Shown: piece by piece, positions 37,477-46,318 of the stretch
How the letters are laid out: every line of letters begins with the position of its first letter
Numbering within the stretch: position 1 is the first letter of the stretch
Assembly: GCA_002070215.1 (NCBI GenBank)
Contig: MWCV01000007.1
Coordinates: forward strand, 1,660 to 65,659
DNA: 64,000 nt
Direction: 5' to 3'
Source: Chloroflexi bacterium ADurb.Bin180
GTDB lineage: Bacteria; Chloroflexota; Anaerolineae; UBA2200
Made by a program: the position numbers and the translations under genes
The notes under the pieces: generated by a model
Database searches by the model: none
What the model was told of the DNA's origin: nothing
What the model saw: only the letters and a program-made list of their open reading frames with translations

Positions 37477-38541
37477 ATGCTGCTTACAACTGTGGCTTTT
37501 GTCTTTGTCTTTGGCCTGGTCATGCTGGTCCACGAGCTGGGTCACTTGATCACGGCTCGGCGGGCGGGCATTACGGTGCTCGAGTTCGGCTTTGGCTACC
37601 CGCCGCGGCTGCTCTCACTGGGAGTGCACAACGGGGTCGAGTACACCATCAACGCCATTCCTTTTGGCGCTTTTGTCAGGATGCTGGGCGAAGAGGATCC
37701 GACCGCCCCGGGCAGCTTTGCGAGCAAGGGGGCCGTGGCACGTATTGGCACTCTGGCGGCAGGGTCGTTGATGAACCTGCTGCTGGCCGTAGTCGCCTTT
37801 GTGGGTGTGTCGCTGGCCGGCGAGCAGGTGGCGGTGGGCCGGGTGATCGTCACCGGCGTGGCGAACGCATCGCCCGGCGCCGTGGCTGGAATGCAGACCA
37901 ACGACATCATCGTGTCCATCGGCGGTCAGCCCGTGCGCAGCACGGTGGAATTGGTCGAGCTGACTCGCCAGTATCTGGGTACAGAGGTGGAGCTGGGACT
38001 GGAGCGGGATGGCCAGTCTTTCACGGTGCGCCTGGTCCCGCGGGTCCAGCCGCCGGCCGGTGAGGGAGCCATCGGCATTGGCATCGCCATGGCCGAAGGC
38101 TGGCAGGTGGAGACCATCCATCATCCGGTACTGGAATCCGTCTGGCTGGGGCTCAAGGAGACATGGACGGTTCTGGCCATGACCGCCGGGGCCTTTGTGC
38201 AGCTCTTGCGTGGCGCGGTGTCACCCAGCGAGCTGACCGGCCCGGTGGGGTTGTTCCAGATGAGCGGGGTGGTGGCTCGTTCCGGCTGGGTTAATCTGCT
38301 GCGCTTTGTGGGCTTTATCAGTGTCAACCTGTTCTTGCTCAATCTGCTGCCGATTCCGGCCCTGGATGGAGGCCGCATTGCCTTCATCCTGCTGGAAAAG
38401 CTGCGCGGCGGCAAGCGCCTGGCCCCGCAGAAAGAGGGCCTGGTGCACTTGATTGGCCTGCTGGTACTGATCGGACTGATGCTGCTCGTCTCCTACTATG
38501 ATGTGCTGCGCATCTTTCACGGTCAGAACCCGCTGCCGTAG
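37477..38541 (+). CDS. rseP: RseP-like site-2 protease (M50 zinc metalloprotease with PDZ domain)
   Basis: HELGHLITAR HExxH motif in TM1, central PDZ region, C-terminal LNLLPIPALDGG motif. Confidence 0.9.
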   Translation: MLLTTVAFVFVFGLVMLVHELGHLITARRAGITVLEFGFGYPPRLLSLGVHNGVEYTINAIPFGAFVRMLGEEDPTAPGSFASKGAVARIGTLAAGSLMNLLLAVVAFVGVSLAGEQVAVGRVIVTGVANASPGAVAGMQTNDIIVSIGGQPVRSTVELVELTRQYLGTEVELGLERDGQSFTVRLVPRVQPPAGEGAIGIGIAMAEGWQVETIHHPVLESVWLGLKETWTVLAMTAGAFVQLLRGAVSPSELTGPVGLFQMSGVVARSGWVNLLRFVGFISVNLFLLNLLPIPALDGGRIAFILLEKLRGGKRLAPQKEGLVHLIGLLVLIGLMLLVSYYDVLRIFHGQNPLP

Positions 38542-38552
38542 GGTTTCCAGAG

Positions 38553-39380
38553 ATGCGTTGCAAGTCCTGCGGTGCACAAGTCAAGCCAGGATTGGGTGTG
38601 TGCTCTGAGTGCGGCGCTACCCTGGGGCACGTCCACGTGCTGGGCCACCGGGTGCGCTGCCGCTGCTGCCAGAAGCGGGTGCCTTCCGGGGTCAAGATCT
38701 GTCCCTATTGTGGCGCTCCGCTTCGCTCCACCCTGCGCAATGTCATTCGTTTCCTGGTGGTGCTGCTGATCCTGGAGGTTCTGGTCTATGTGGGCAAGTA
38801 CTATGTGCCCTGGACCTCGCTGCGAGCGCTGTTGGGATTGGTACGCAAGCCAGAGGTGACTTTCCTCGCAACGCCGACCTTCACCAGCACGCGCACGGCC
38901 ACCATCACTGTGACCAGCACGCCGACGCCCACCAGAACACCGACTGTCACGCCAGAACCGCCTACCGACACGCCAGTTCCGCCCACGGTCACCAACACCA
39001 GGCGGCCGGCGCCGACAGCTACCCCCAAACCCAAGTTCCCGGCGCCCCGGTTGAGGTCGCCTGACGATGGAACAGAGTTCCGGGGCAGCGATGCTCAGAT
39101 TGCACTGCAGTGGGAACCGGTCGGTGCGCTGGCCGAGGATGAGTGGTACGCGGTGTCCGTCACTTTTACGGCGGGTGGCGTCATCCAGTACGACGGCATC
39201 TGGACGAAGGACAGCTCGTGGCTCCTGCCCGCGGGGCTGTACATGAGGGCTGGTGAAAGCGAACGAGGCTTTAACTGGCAGGTGACAGTCATGAAGCAGA
39301 CCGGTGCAAAGGCAGATGGCGGCCGCGAAGGCACGGTGGTGAGCCCGGCCAGCACGCGACGCACCTTTTTCTGGTACTAG
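38553..39380 (+). CDS. Zinc-ribbon membrane protein with Pro/Thr-rich linker and uncharacterized extracytoplasmic domain
   Basis: Two CxxC...CxxC ribbons (CKSCGAQ...CSECG; CRCCQ...CPYCG), one TM helix, a TPTPT linker, and a ~100-aa C-terminal domain. Confidence 0.5.
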   Translation: MRCKSCGAQVKPGLGVCSECGATLGHVHVLGHRVRCRCCQKRVPSGVKICPYCGAPLRSTLRNVIRFLVVLLILEVLVYVGKYYVPWTSLRALLGLVRKPEVTFLATPTFTSTRTATITVTSTPTPTRTPTVTPEPPTDTPVPPTVTNTRRPAPTATPKPKFPAPRLRSPDDGTEFRGSDAQIALQWEPVGALAEDEWYAVSVTFTAGGVIQYDGIWTKDSSWLLPAGLYMRAGESERGFNWQVTVMKQTGAKADGGREGTVVSPASTRRTFFWY

Positions 39381-39391
39381 AGGAGAGAAGT

Positions 39392-40396
39392 ATGACCCTC
39401 GACAACGAATGTATGACCTTCTCTGAGGTGATGGCGCAGCTCAAAGCGGGAGCTGTGTCGCTCTCGAGCCCGATGCTGTACGCCCTGACCGCACCGGCGA
39501 GCAAGGACGTGAAACAGTTTGCTGTGGAGTGGCCTGGCCTGCCGGTCGAGCAGCGACTCAAGATCATCAGCATCCTGGCCGAACAGGCCGAGGCCAACTA
39601 TGAGCTGGATTTCAACGCCCTCTTCAGGGTGGCTATGGTCGATCCGGACGGCCAGGTGCGCACCGTGGCCATTGAAGGGCTGTGGGAAGACGAGGAACCG
39701 GCCCTGGTGCGCCCTCTAGTGCAGGTGCTCAAGAACGACCCGGTACTGTCTGCTCGAGCCGCGGCAGCCGCGTCGCTCGGACGGTTCGTGCTCCTGCTCG
39801 ACCTGGAGGAGCTGGACGAGCGCTACTCCGAGCTCGTCCACAGAGCCCTGGCGGAGGCGGCGGATGATCCAAAGGAAGATCTGGAGGTGCGGCGGAGGGC
39901 GGTGGAGTCAATCGCCTACTGGGACGACCCGTCTGTAGCCGACATTATCGGCGAGGCCTACCAGTCCGCCGATGAGCCGATGCGCCTCAGTGCCATCTTT
40001 GCCATGGGACGTAGCGCCGATCCCTCGTGGGCCGACACGATCTGTGCCGAGCTGGCCAGCCGGAATCCGGCGATGCGCTATGAAGCGGCACGCGCTGCGG
40101 GAGAGCTGGCGCTCAAGGCGGCGCTGCCGGAACTGATCAAGCTGACGGCAGACCGCGACCGAGAGGTTCAGCTCGCAGCAGTCGCTGCACTCGGCCAGGT
40201 CGGTGGACAGCGGGCCAGGCAGGTTCTGGAGCGCTGCCTCCGCAGCACCGACGAAGCGCTGAACCTGGCTGCAGAAGACGCACTGGCCGAGCTGGCCCTC
40301 GGACGCCAGCCGCTCGACCTGATGGTCGTCGACGGCGACGCGGACCTGGATGACGAGCAGCAGGAGCCAGACGACGAGGACGATGGGGACGACTAG
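39392..40396 (+). CDS. HEAT-repeat (PBS lyase-like) protein with acidic C-terminal tail
   Basis: Repeated helical AAxxLG modules (e.g. VRxxAIEGLWEDEE...AARAAAAASLGRF...LAAVAALGQVGG), ending DDEQQEPDDEDDGDD. Confidence 0.7.
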   Translation: MTLDNECMTFSEVMAQLKAGAVSLSSPMLYALTAPASKDVKQFAVEWPGLPVEQRLKIISILAEQAEANYELDFNALFRVAMVDPDGQVRTVAIEGLWEDEEPALVRPLVQVLKNDPVLSARAAAAASLGRFVLLLDLEELDERYSELVHRALAEAADDPKEDLEVRRRAVESIAYWDDPSVADIIGEAYQSADEPMRLSAIFAMGRSADPSWADTICAELASRNPAMRYEAARAAGELALKAALPELIKLTADRDREVQLAAVAALGQVGGQRARQVLERCLRSTDEALNLAAEDALAELALGRQPLDLMVVDGDADLDDEQQEPDDEDDGDD

Positions 40397-40423
40397 ACCA
40401 GCCCTGCAGCCCTCGAGAGCTTT

Positions 40424-40451
40424 TGCAATTTGACGGCCCGTTCTGTATAAT
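40424..40451 (+). promoter_or_regulatory. Sigma-70-like promoter for the moa operon (TTGCAA-N16-TATAAT)
   Basis: TTGCAA at 40424-40429 and TATAAT at 40446-40451, ~210 nt upstream of moaA. Confidence 0.55.
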
Positions 40452-40454
40452 CCA

Positions 40455-40640
40455 TACAAATAGACCTTGATTCTCCGACCCAGTTCTGCTGATGGCCAGA
40501 TTGGCCGATGAAGGCTGGGCGATAGGGTGCGGTTGGAAACGGCCGCACCTCCCATCATTGGAAAGGAGAATCGCCGCGGGAACAGTGATGACGCCGGCGC
40601 CTCCTTCCAAGTGAGGGCCGGCGTTTCTATTTCTCTGAGT
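40455..40640 (+). promoter_or_regulatory. Structured 5' leader of moaA: candidate Moco riboswitch with terminator-type expression platform
   Basis: ~190-nt GC-rich leader with several stems (ggtgcgg...ccgcacc; ctcc...ggag). It ends in a cgccggcg-(17 nt)-cgccggcg hairpin at 40592-40623 followed by tttctatttctct, 20 nt before the moaA start. Confidence 0.45.
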
Positions 40641-40659
40641 GGAAGGCTGAGCCAGCAAT

Positions 40660-41655
40660 ATGGCCCACTATGATGCTCACAGCCGTGCAATCAATTACTT
40701 GCGCGTGTCGGTCACCGACCGCTGCAACCTGCGCTGCGAATACTGCATGCCTCCCGAAGGCATCCCCTGGATTCCCCACGACACAGTGCTGCGCTTTGAG
40801 GAGATCGCGCTCATTGTGCGGGCAGCGGCCGAGCTCGGCATCAGCCGGGTGCGGCTCACGGGAGGTGAACCGCTGGTGCGCCTGGGTGTCTGCAGTTTGG
40901 TGCGCATGCTGGCCGAGATACCTGGCGTGCAGGACCTGTCTATGACTAGCAATGGCACCTTGCTGGCCCGCTATGCCGGCGAACTGGCGGCGGCGGGCCT
41001 CGACCGGGTCAATATCAGCCTCGACACCCTGCAGCCAGAGCGCTTTGCCGCGATGACCCGCGGCGGGCGAGTTGAGGATGTGCTGGCTGGCATTGAAGCA
41101 GCACACCAGGCCGGTTTGGAGCCGGTCAAGGTCAACAGCGTCGTCATTCGTGGCGAGAACGATGACGACATCGTCGACCTGGCACGCAAGACGCTGCTGT
41201 CGGGATGGCACGTGCGCTACATCGAATGGATGCCTGTTGGCGAGACGGCACCGGAGGATGAGGCCTGGCGTCACAAGGTGGTGACCGCCGAAGAGATGAA
41301 GCAGCGCATCTCGGCCGAACTGGGGCCGCTGACTGCGGACGGGAGCATCTTCGGCGGCGGCCCGGCGCGCTACTACCGCTTGCCGGGCGCTGAGGGCACT
41401 ATCGGCTTTATCACGCCAGTCAGCGAGCATTTTTGCTATCACTGCAACCGTCTGCGCCTGACCGCTGATGGCCAGCTGCGCCCCTGCCTGCTGTCGGACA
41501 GCGAGGTAGACCTGCGCACGCCCCTCAGGGAGGGGGCCGACCTGGAGCAGATCAAGTCGCTCATTCTGCAGGCCATCGACATCAAGCCGTTGCAGCACCA
41601 TCTGAGCGAGCACGGTTGGCCGGAGAACCGGGTGATGTCGCAAATCGGTGGATGA
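40660..41655 (+). CDS. moaA: GTP 3',8-cyclase (radical SAM)
   Basis: CNLRCEYCMP radical-SAM motif, 331 aa, C-terminal auxiliary cluster CYHCNRLRLTADGQLRPCL. Confidence 0.95.
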   Translation: MAHYDAHSRAINYLRVSVTDRCNLRCEYCMPPEGIPWIPHDTVLRFEEIALIVRAAAELGISRVRLTGGEPLVRLGVCSLVRMLAEIPGVQDLSMTSNGTLLARYAGELAAAGLDRVNISLDTLQPERFAAMTRGGRVEDVLAGIEAAHQAGLEPVKVNSVVIRGENDDDIVDLARKTLLSGWHVRYIEWMPVGETAPEDEAWRHKVVTAEEMKQRISAELGPLTADGSIFGGGPARYYRLPGAEGTIGFITPVSEHFCYHCNRLRLTADGQLRPCLLSDSEVDLRTPLREGADLEQIKSLILQAIDIKPLQHHLSEHGWPENRVMSQIGG

Positions 41656-41658
41656 GCC

Positions 41659-42156
41659 ATGAAGGACAAGCCTGAGCTAACCCACATCGGCCGAGACGGC
41701 CAACTGCAAATGGTGGACGTGGGCGGAAAAGCCGACACGGAAAGGGTGGCTACCGCCAGAGGCCACGTCAGCATGAAGCCTGAGACGCTGGGCCTCATCG
41801 TGGACAAGGCGCTGCCCAAAGGCGACGTGCTTACCGCAGCTCAAGTCGCGGGCATTCTCGCCGCCAAGCAAACCTGGCAGCTCATCCCTCTCTGCCATCC
41901 CTTGATGCTGACCAAGGTCGATGTCGACCTCACGGTGAACCAGGAGCTCTCGCGCATCGAAATCCGCGCGACTGTGCGCTGCCGGGGCAAGACCGGGGTG
42001 GAGATGGAAGCGCTGACTGCGGTCAGCGTGGCGGCACTGACGATCTACGACATGGCCAAAGCCGCAGAAAAGACCATGCGCATCGGCGACATTCGGCTGG
42101 TGAGCAAGAGCGGCGGCAAGAGCGGCGACATTGCCCTGGAGGATGACGCCAGTTGA
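41659..42156 (+). CDS. moaC: Cyclic pyranopterin monophosphate synthase
   Basis: 165 aa MoaC-like ([18 protein letters not shown]...[18 protein letters not shown]). Confidence 0.9.
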   Translation: MKDKPELTHIGRDGQLQMVDVGGKADTERVATARGHVSMKPETLGLIVDKALPKGDVLTAAQVAGILAAKQTWQLIPLCHPLMLTKVDVDLTVNQELSRIEIRATVRCRGKTGVEMEALTAVSVAALTIYDMAKAAEKTMRIGDIRLVSKSGGKSGDIALEDDAS

Positions 42157-42404
42157 TGGTCAGAGTGCGTTTCTTCGCCTCCCTGCGCGAGGCAGTGGGA
42201 TTGGAACAAGAGGACGTCAAGCTGCCGCCCGGGGCCACAATCAAGACGCTTCTGCAGACCCTGGCCAGGGCGCATCCGGGGCTGGGCGCCCTCCTCGAGG
42301 GCAGGGGAGTGCGCTTTGCCGTCAACCGTTGCTACGTGCCGCCTGATGCTGGTCTGCAAGAGGGCGACGAAGTGGCTCTGGTCCCGCCGGTGGGTGGCGG
42401 CTAG
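42153..42404 (+). CDS. moaD: Molybdopterin synthase sulfur carrier subunit
   Basis: 83 aa ending in GG (PPVGGG); 4-nt overlap with moaC. Confidence 0.85.
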   Translation: MMVRVRFFASLREAVGLEQEDVKLPPGATIKTLLQTLARAHPGLGALLEGRGVRFAVNRCYVPPDAGLQEGDEVALVPPVGGG

Positions 42405-42430
42405 GCCGCTCAGTACGCGGGCGAAGGGAC

Positions 42431-42853
42431 ATGGCCTTGAAGCTGTTTGAGGTTACTACAAAACCCATCTCGGCCGATGAAGTGGTGGGCCGCCTCGCGG
42501 ACCCTGAGGTGGGAGCGTTCACGGTCTTTGTGGGCGTGGTGCGCAACAACACCGATGGCCGGCGCACGCTGCATCTGGACTATGAGGCCTATCCCGAGAT
42601 GGCCGAGCAGACGCTGGCCCAGATTGGCGCCGAGATTCAGGAGCGGTGGCCTACGGTGCGCCAGGTGGCCATTGTTCATCGCATTGGCCAGCAGGAGATC
42701 GGGGAGACCAGCGTGGTCATTGCTCTGTCAGCGGCTCACCGCGCCGAGCTCTTTGACTCCCTGCATTATGCCATCGACCGGTTGAAGGAAATCGTGCCCA
42801 TCTGGAAGAAGGAAGTATGGACAGATGGGTCGGTGTGGAGAAGCGAACAGTGA
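42431..42853 (+). CDS. moaE: Molybdopterin synthase catalytic subunit
   Basis: 140 aa MoaE-like (GAFTVFVGVVRN...LHLDYEAY). Confidence 0.88.
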   Translation: MALKLFEVTTKPISADEVVGRLADPEVGAFTVFVGVVRNNTDGRRTLHLDYEAYPEMAEQTLAQIGAEIQERWPTVRQVAIVHRIGQQEIGETSVVIALSAAHRAELFDSLHYAIDRLKEIVPIWKKEVWTDGSVWRSEQ

Positions 42854-42897
42854 GCGAACGCGGTCACAAGGGCCAGCCAGGGACTGACCTGTACCCG

Positions 42898-44115
42898 ATG
42901 CTGAGCGTAGAGGAAGCCACTGACCAGTTGCTGGCCTATTTCCAGACGCTGGAGCCGGAGACGGTTCCCCTGCTGGAGAGCCTGGGCAGGGTGCTGGCAG
43001 AAGATGTCTATGCGGATGTCGATATCCCGCCCCTGAGCAACACCGCAATGGACGGCTATGCCCTCCGGGCTGCCGACACAGCAGGTGCCAGCGGCGCAGC
43101 GCCAGTGGAGCTACGCATCGTCGCTGACCTCGCCGCCGGCTACGTGAGTGAGGTGCTGGTGGTGCCGGGAACGGCTATCCGCATCATGACCGGCGCTCCG
43201 ATACCGGGGGGTGCCGACGCGGTCTTGCCGTTTGAGGACGCCGAACGCAATGGCAAAGTGGTGCGCATTGTCAGGCCGGTTCAGCTCAAGGCCAATGTGC
43301 GCGACGCGGGCGAGGACGTGCAAAAGGGAGAGCTGGTTCTGCACCAGGGCCGCCGGATTCGGCCGCAGGACGTTGGCATGCTGGCCACCGTGGGCCGCAG
43401 ACAGGTGCAGGTTACTCGGCGCCCGCGAGTGGCCATCCTGGCCACGGGCGATGAGGTGGTCGAAGTCGATGCACCCCTCGGCCCGGGCAAGATCCGCAAT
43501 TCGAATAGCTACTCCAATGCAGCGCAAGTACTGGCGACTGGCGGGGTTCCGGTGTTGCTGGGTATCGCTCATGACCAGGTGGAGGACCTGACGGCCAAGA
43601 TCCGCCAGGGATTGGCGCAGAAGGTTGACCTGTTCCTCACCTCGGGCGGGGTATCGGTTGGTGACTTTGATGTGGTGAAGCAGGTGCTCGCCGCGGAAGG
43701 CGAGATGACCTTCTGGCGTGTCCGTATGAAACCGGGCAAGCCGCTCGCTTTCGGTCGTATCGGTGGCGTGCCTTTGCTGGGTCTACCGGGCAATCCGGTA
43801 TCAGCGATGGTCTCTTTCGAGCTGTTTGCCCGAGCGGCCATCCTGAAGATGCTGGGTCAGCGTAACGGGGAACGGCCGTCAGTTGAAGCGGCTCTGGTAG
43901 ACGGGATGAAGAGCAAGGACGGCCGCAGGCACTTTGTGCGGGTCAGGGTCGAGGAGAAGGACGGTGCCTACCAGGCCCGGCTCACGGGCGATCAGGGCTC
44001 TGGGCGGCTCAGTACGATGGTGGAGGCCAATGGCCTGGCCATCATCCCTGAGGAGTGGAGCAGTGCGCCCCCGGGCAGCAAGGTGCGCGTGATGATGCTG
44101 GAAGGCGACCTGTGA
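42898..44115 (+). CDS. moeA: Molybdopterin molybdotransferase
   Basis: MLSVEEATDQLL start typical of MoeA; PGNPVSA signature. The ORF frame opens at 42817 inside moaE. Confidence 0.88.
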   Translation: MLSVEEATDQLLAYFQTLEPETVPLLESLGRVLAEDVYADVDIPPLSNTAMDGYALRAADTAGASGAAPVELRIVADLAAGYVSEVLVVPGTAIRIMTGAPIPGGADAVLPFEDAERNGKVVRIVRPVQLKANVRDAGEDVQKGELVLHQGRRIRPQDVGMLATVGRRQVQVTRRPRVAILATGDEVVEVDAPLGPGKIRNSNSYSNAAQVLATGGVPVLLGIAHDQVEDLTAKIRQGLAQKVDLFLTSGGVSVGDFDVVKQVLAAEGEMTFWRVRMKPGKPLAFGRIGGVPLLGLPGNPVSAMVSFELFARAAILKMLGQRNGERPSVEAALVDGMKSKDGRRHFVRVRVEEKDGAYQARLTGDQGSGRLSTMVEANGLAIIPEEWSSAPPGSKVRVMMLEGDL

Positions 44116-44618
44116 TTACCGTAGGCGTTCTGACCATCAGCGACCGCTGCTCGCGCGGCGAGACGCAGGATCAGAGCGGGCCTCTGCTGCAGCAGATCGC
44201 GCGGGAGCGGCTGGTCGCCCAGGTGACGGTCACCGCGTGCGTGCCGGACGATCGGGAGCAGATTGCCTTCACGCTGCGCGATTGGTGCGACAATGCCAGG
44301 GCGGACCTCATCCTCACCACCGGCGGCACTGGCTTTTCGCCGCGTGACGTAACGCCGGAGGCAATGGCCGACGTAATTGAACGGGAGGCGCCAGGCCTGG
44401 CCGAGGCGATGCGGCGAGAAACAGCGCGGATCACGCCTCACGCCATGCTCTCGCGGGCTGTGGCCGGAATTCGCAGGAGCACGTTGATCGTCAACCTGCC
44501 TGGCAGCGCCAGGGCGGTGGCCGAGAACCTGGAGGCCATCCTGCCCGCCCTGCCACACGGCATCGAGATTCTGAAGGGTGGTCACGGTGCTAACGAGCAC
44601 CACGAATACAAGAAGTAA
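44112..44618 (+). CDS. mogA: Molybdopterin adenylyltransferase MogA/MoaB
   Basis: GTG at 44112 overlaps the moeA stop (GTGA). ITVGVLTISDRCSRGE and GGTGFSPRDVTPEA motifs. Confidence 0.85.
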   Translation: MITVGVLTISDRCSRGETQDQSGPLLQQIARERLVAQVTVTACVPDDREQIAFTLRDWCDNARADLILTTGGTGFSPRDVTPEAMADVIEREAPGLAEAMRRETARITPHAMLSRAVAGIRRSTLIVNLPGSARAVAENLEAILPALPHGIEILKGGHGANEHHEYKK

Positions 44619-44658
44619 TCATCTCCCGCGTTCATAGACGGAGATCCAAGGAGGTCAG

Positions 44659-45486
44659 GTGGGTCTGGTAAAGGACAAAACCGGCCGGCTGCACATCGAG
44701 ACGCAGTTGATGGCCGAATCGCTGATGGACAAGGCACTGCTCGAAAAGACAGAGACGGAGAATATCTTTCGCCCGCTGCCCGAACTGAACGTGATCAAGC
44801 TGGGCGGACAGAGCATCATCGACCGGGGCGCCCAGGTAGTGCTGCCGCTCATAGCAGAGATCGTCGCTGCCAGGGCCAAGCACCAGATGCTCATCGTGAC
44901 GGGCGGCGGAACTCGGAGCCGGCATGCCTATGCTATCGCGTTGGACCTGGGCATGTCCACCGGCATTCTGGCCAAACTGGGCCAGAGCATCAGCGAGCAG
45001 AACGCGCTGATGATCAGCACACTGCTCGCTCCGCACGGCGGGGTCAAGATCGGTCACGACGAAGTGGTGCAACTGCCGGCGTACCTGGCACTGGGCATCA
45101 TTCCGGTGATGCATGCCATGCCTCCCTACGGGCTGTGGGAAGAGCCGGCGGAGAAGGGCCGCATCCCGCCGCACCGCACCGATGCCGGGGCGTTTCTGAC
45201 GGCCGAGGTGCTCGGCGCCAGACGCTGCATCCTGGTCAAGGACGAAAAGGGCCTGTTCACGGCTGATCCCAAGAAGGATCCCCAAGCCAGGTTCATTCCT
45301 GAGATCGAAGTCAATGAGCTGCTGGCGATGGACCTGGCCGACCTGGCCGTTGAACGGACCATGCTTCAGGCACTGGCGAATGCCCGCACCGCCAAAGAGG
45401 TGCTGATCATCAACGGCCGCGAAAAGGGCAACCTGACCAAGGCGCTGCAGGGCAAGAATCCGGGGACGAGGATCTTCAAAGCGTAA
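44659..45486 (+). CDS. Molybdenum storage protein (MosA/MosB)-like amino-acid-kinase family protein
   Basis: LNVIKLGGQSIIDRGAQVVLPLIAEI, RIPPHRTDAGAFL and ARFIPEIE closely mirror motifs I recall from Azotobacter MosA/MosB. AAGGAGG RBS before GTG at 44659; directly follows mogA. Confidence 0.6.
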   Translation: MGLVKDKTGRLHIETQLMAESLMDKALLEKTETENIFRPLPELNVIKLGGQSIIDRGAQVVLPLIAEIVAARAKHQMLIVTGGGTRSRHAYAIALDLGMSTGILAKLGQSISEQNALMISTLLAPHGGVKIGHDEVVQLPAYLALGIIPVMHAMPPYGLWEEPAEKGRIPPHRTDAGAFLTAEVLGARRCILVKDEKGLFTADPKKDPQARFIPEIEVNELLAMDLADLAVERTMLQALANARTAKEVLIINGREKGNLTKALQGKNPGTRIFKA

Positions 45487-45495
45487 GGGCAAAGG

Positions 45496-45544
45496 CGTCT
45501 CTCGCAGGCTGTGGCCTGGGAGGGTTGCGAGCCTGCGAGAGACG
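45496..45544. terminator. Long inverted repeat between convergent genes (bidirectional terminator candidate)
   Basis: cgtctctcgcaggct-(19 nt)-agcctgcgagagacg gives 15-bp perfect arms. Confidence 0.5.
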
Positions 45545-45558
45545 ATTGGAAAGCGACG

Positions 45559-45942
45559 CTATCCTGGACGGTGCTGCTCTGTCCTGGCAGTGCCCTGGCG
45601 CCTGCTCAGGCGCGCAGCGCCGGGAACCAGGCGAGGAACGGGCGGCCTTGAGCGCGCTTCGCCTCTCTTGCCGACGATGTGCAGCGCCTGTCGATGCACC
45701 AGAGCCAGTGCTACCTGGCGGTGGGCACGTTCCAGGGTGCGCTGAAACGTCGAGCGGGAGATGCCCATGCGTTCGGCGGCCTGGGCCTGAGTAAGGCCTT
45801 CCAGGTCAGCCAGGCGCAGGGCCTCGAGCTCGTCGGGCAGCAGCCTCACCTGGGTGAGGCTGCTGAGGGCGCGCCCGGCAGGCTTGTAGATGGCCTGTGG
45901 CTGAGCGCGGGCCAGGACGCGTCGCTTTCGCGGGCGAGGCAT
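45559..45942 (-). CDS. DUF134 (UPF0251) family DNA-binding protein
   Basis: LRLADLEGLTQAQAAERMGISRSTFQRTL sigma-70 region-4-like HTH typical of DUF134. Confidence 0.65.
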   Translation of the reverse strand: MPRPRKRRVLARAQPQAIYKPAGRALSSLTQVRLLPDELEALRLADLEGLTQAQAAERMGISRSTFQRTLERAHRQVALALVHRQALHIVGKRGEARSRPPVPRLVPGAARLSRRQGTARTEQHRPG

Positions 45943-45948
45943 GGGGGT

Positions 45949-46200
45949 CTAGCCCTCTTTCCGCGCCCGTCGATGCTGACGGCCAGGACGGCCTTCTGCC
46001 TCTTCTTCGCTGGCGTGCTCGCCGCGGGGAAGGTAGACGACATCGGCGCCGACGTCCTTGGCGATGGCCTCGAGTTCAGCGCGGCGCAAGAACTCGCGGT
46101 AGAAATCGAGGTCCACGCCGGCAACGGCGACGATGGCGAAACGTGGCTGGCCGGCGCCTTCGGCGACGTGGCGGCGCTGACGAACGTAGATCTTGCTCAT
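45949..46200 (-). CDS. NifX/NifB-like dinitrogenase FeMo-cofactor-binding family small protein
   Basis: MSKIYV...RFAIVAVAGVDLDF...ADVVYLPRGEH fits the NifX_NifB domain. AAGGAG RBS before ATG at 46200; the usual partner of DUF134 genes. Confidence 0.5.
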   Translation of the reverse strand: MSKIYVRQRRHVAEGAGQPRFAIVAVAGVDLDFYREFLRRAELEAIAKDVGADVVYLPRGEHASEEEAEGRPGRQHRRARKEG

Positions 46201-46318
46201 ATAGAGCTCCTTTCCAGTTTGTGGTGGGGGCGCGTGATGGGATGAGGACATCACGCGCCTCTATGCGAAAGACGTTTTGGGCATATGCCCAAAACTACTA
46301 TACAGCATTTGCTGAGGT

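Noticed and set aside
38880-39050. Short direct DNA repeats (also at 52110-52240) considered as a possible CRISPR or minisatellite
   Set aside because: The repeats are 6-12-nt codon repeats encoding Pro/Thr linkers inside intact ORFs. There are no spacers of uniform length and no cas genes. No CRISPR array is present in the window.
44055-44618. The longer 187-aa reading of mogA starting at ATG 44055
   Set aside because: It would overlap moeA by 60 nt and add a non-conserved Gln/Gly-rich N-terminus. GTG at 44112 overlapping the moeA stop (GTGA) with GGAAGG upstream gives a canonical MogA start (ITVGVLTISD).
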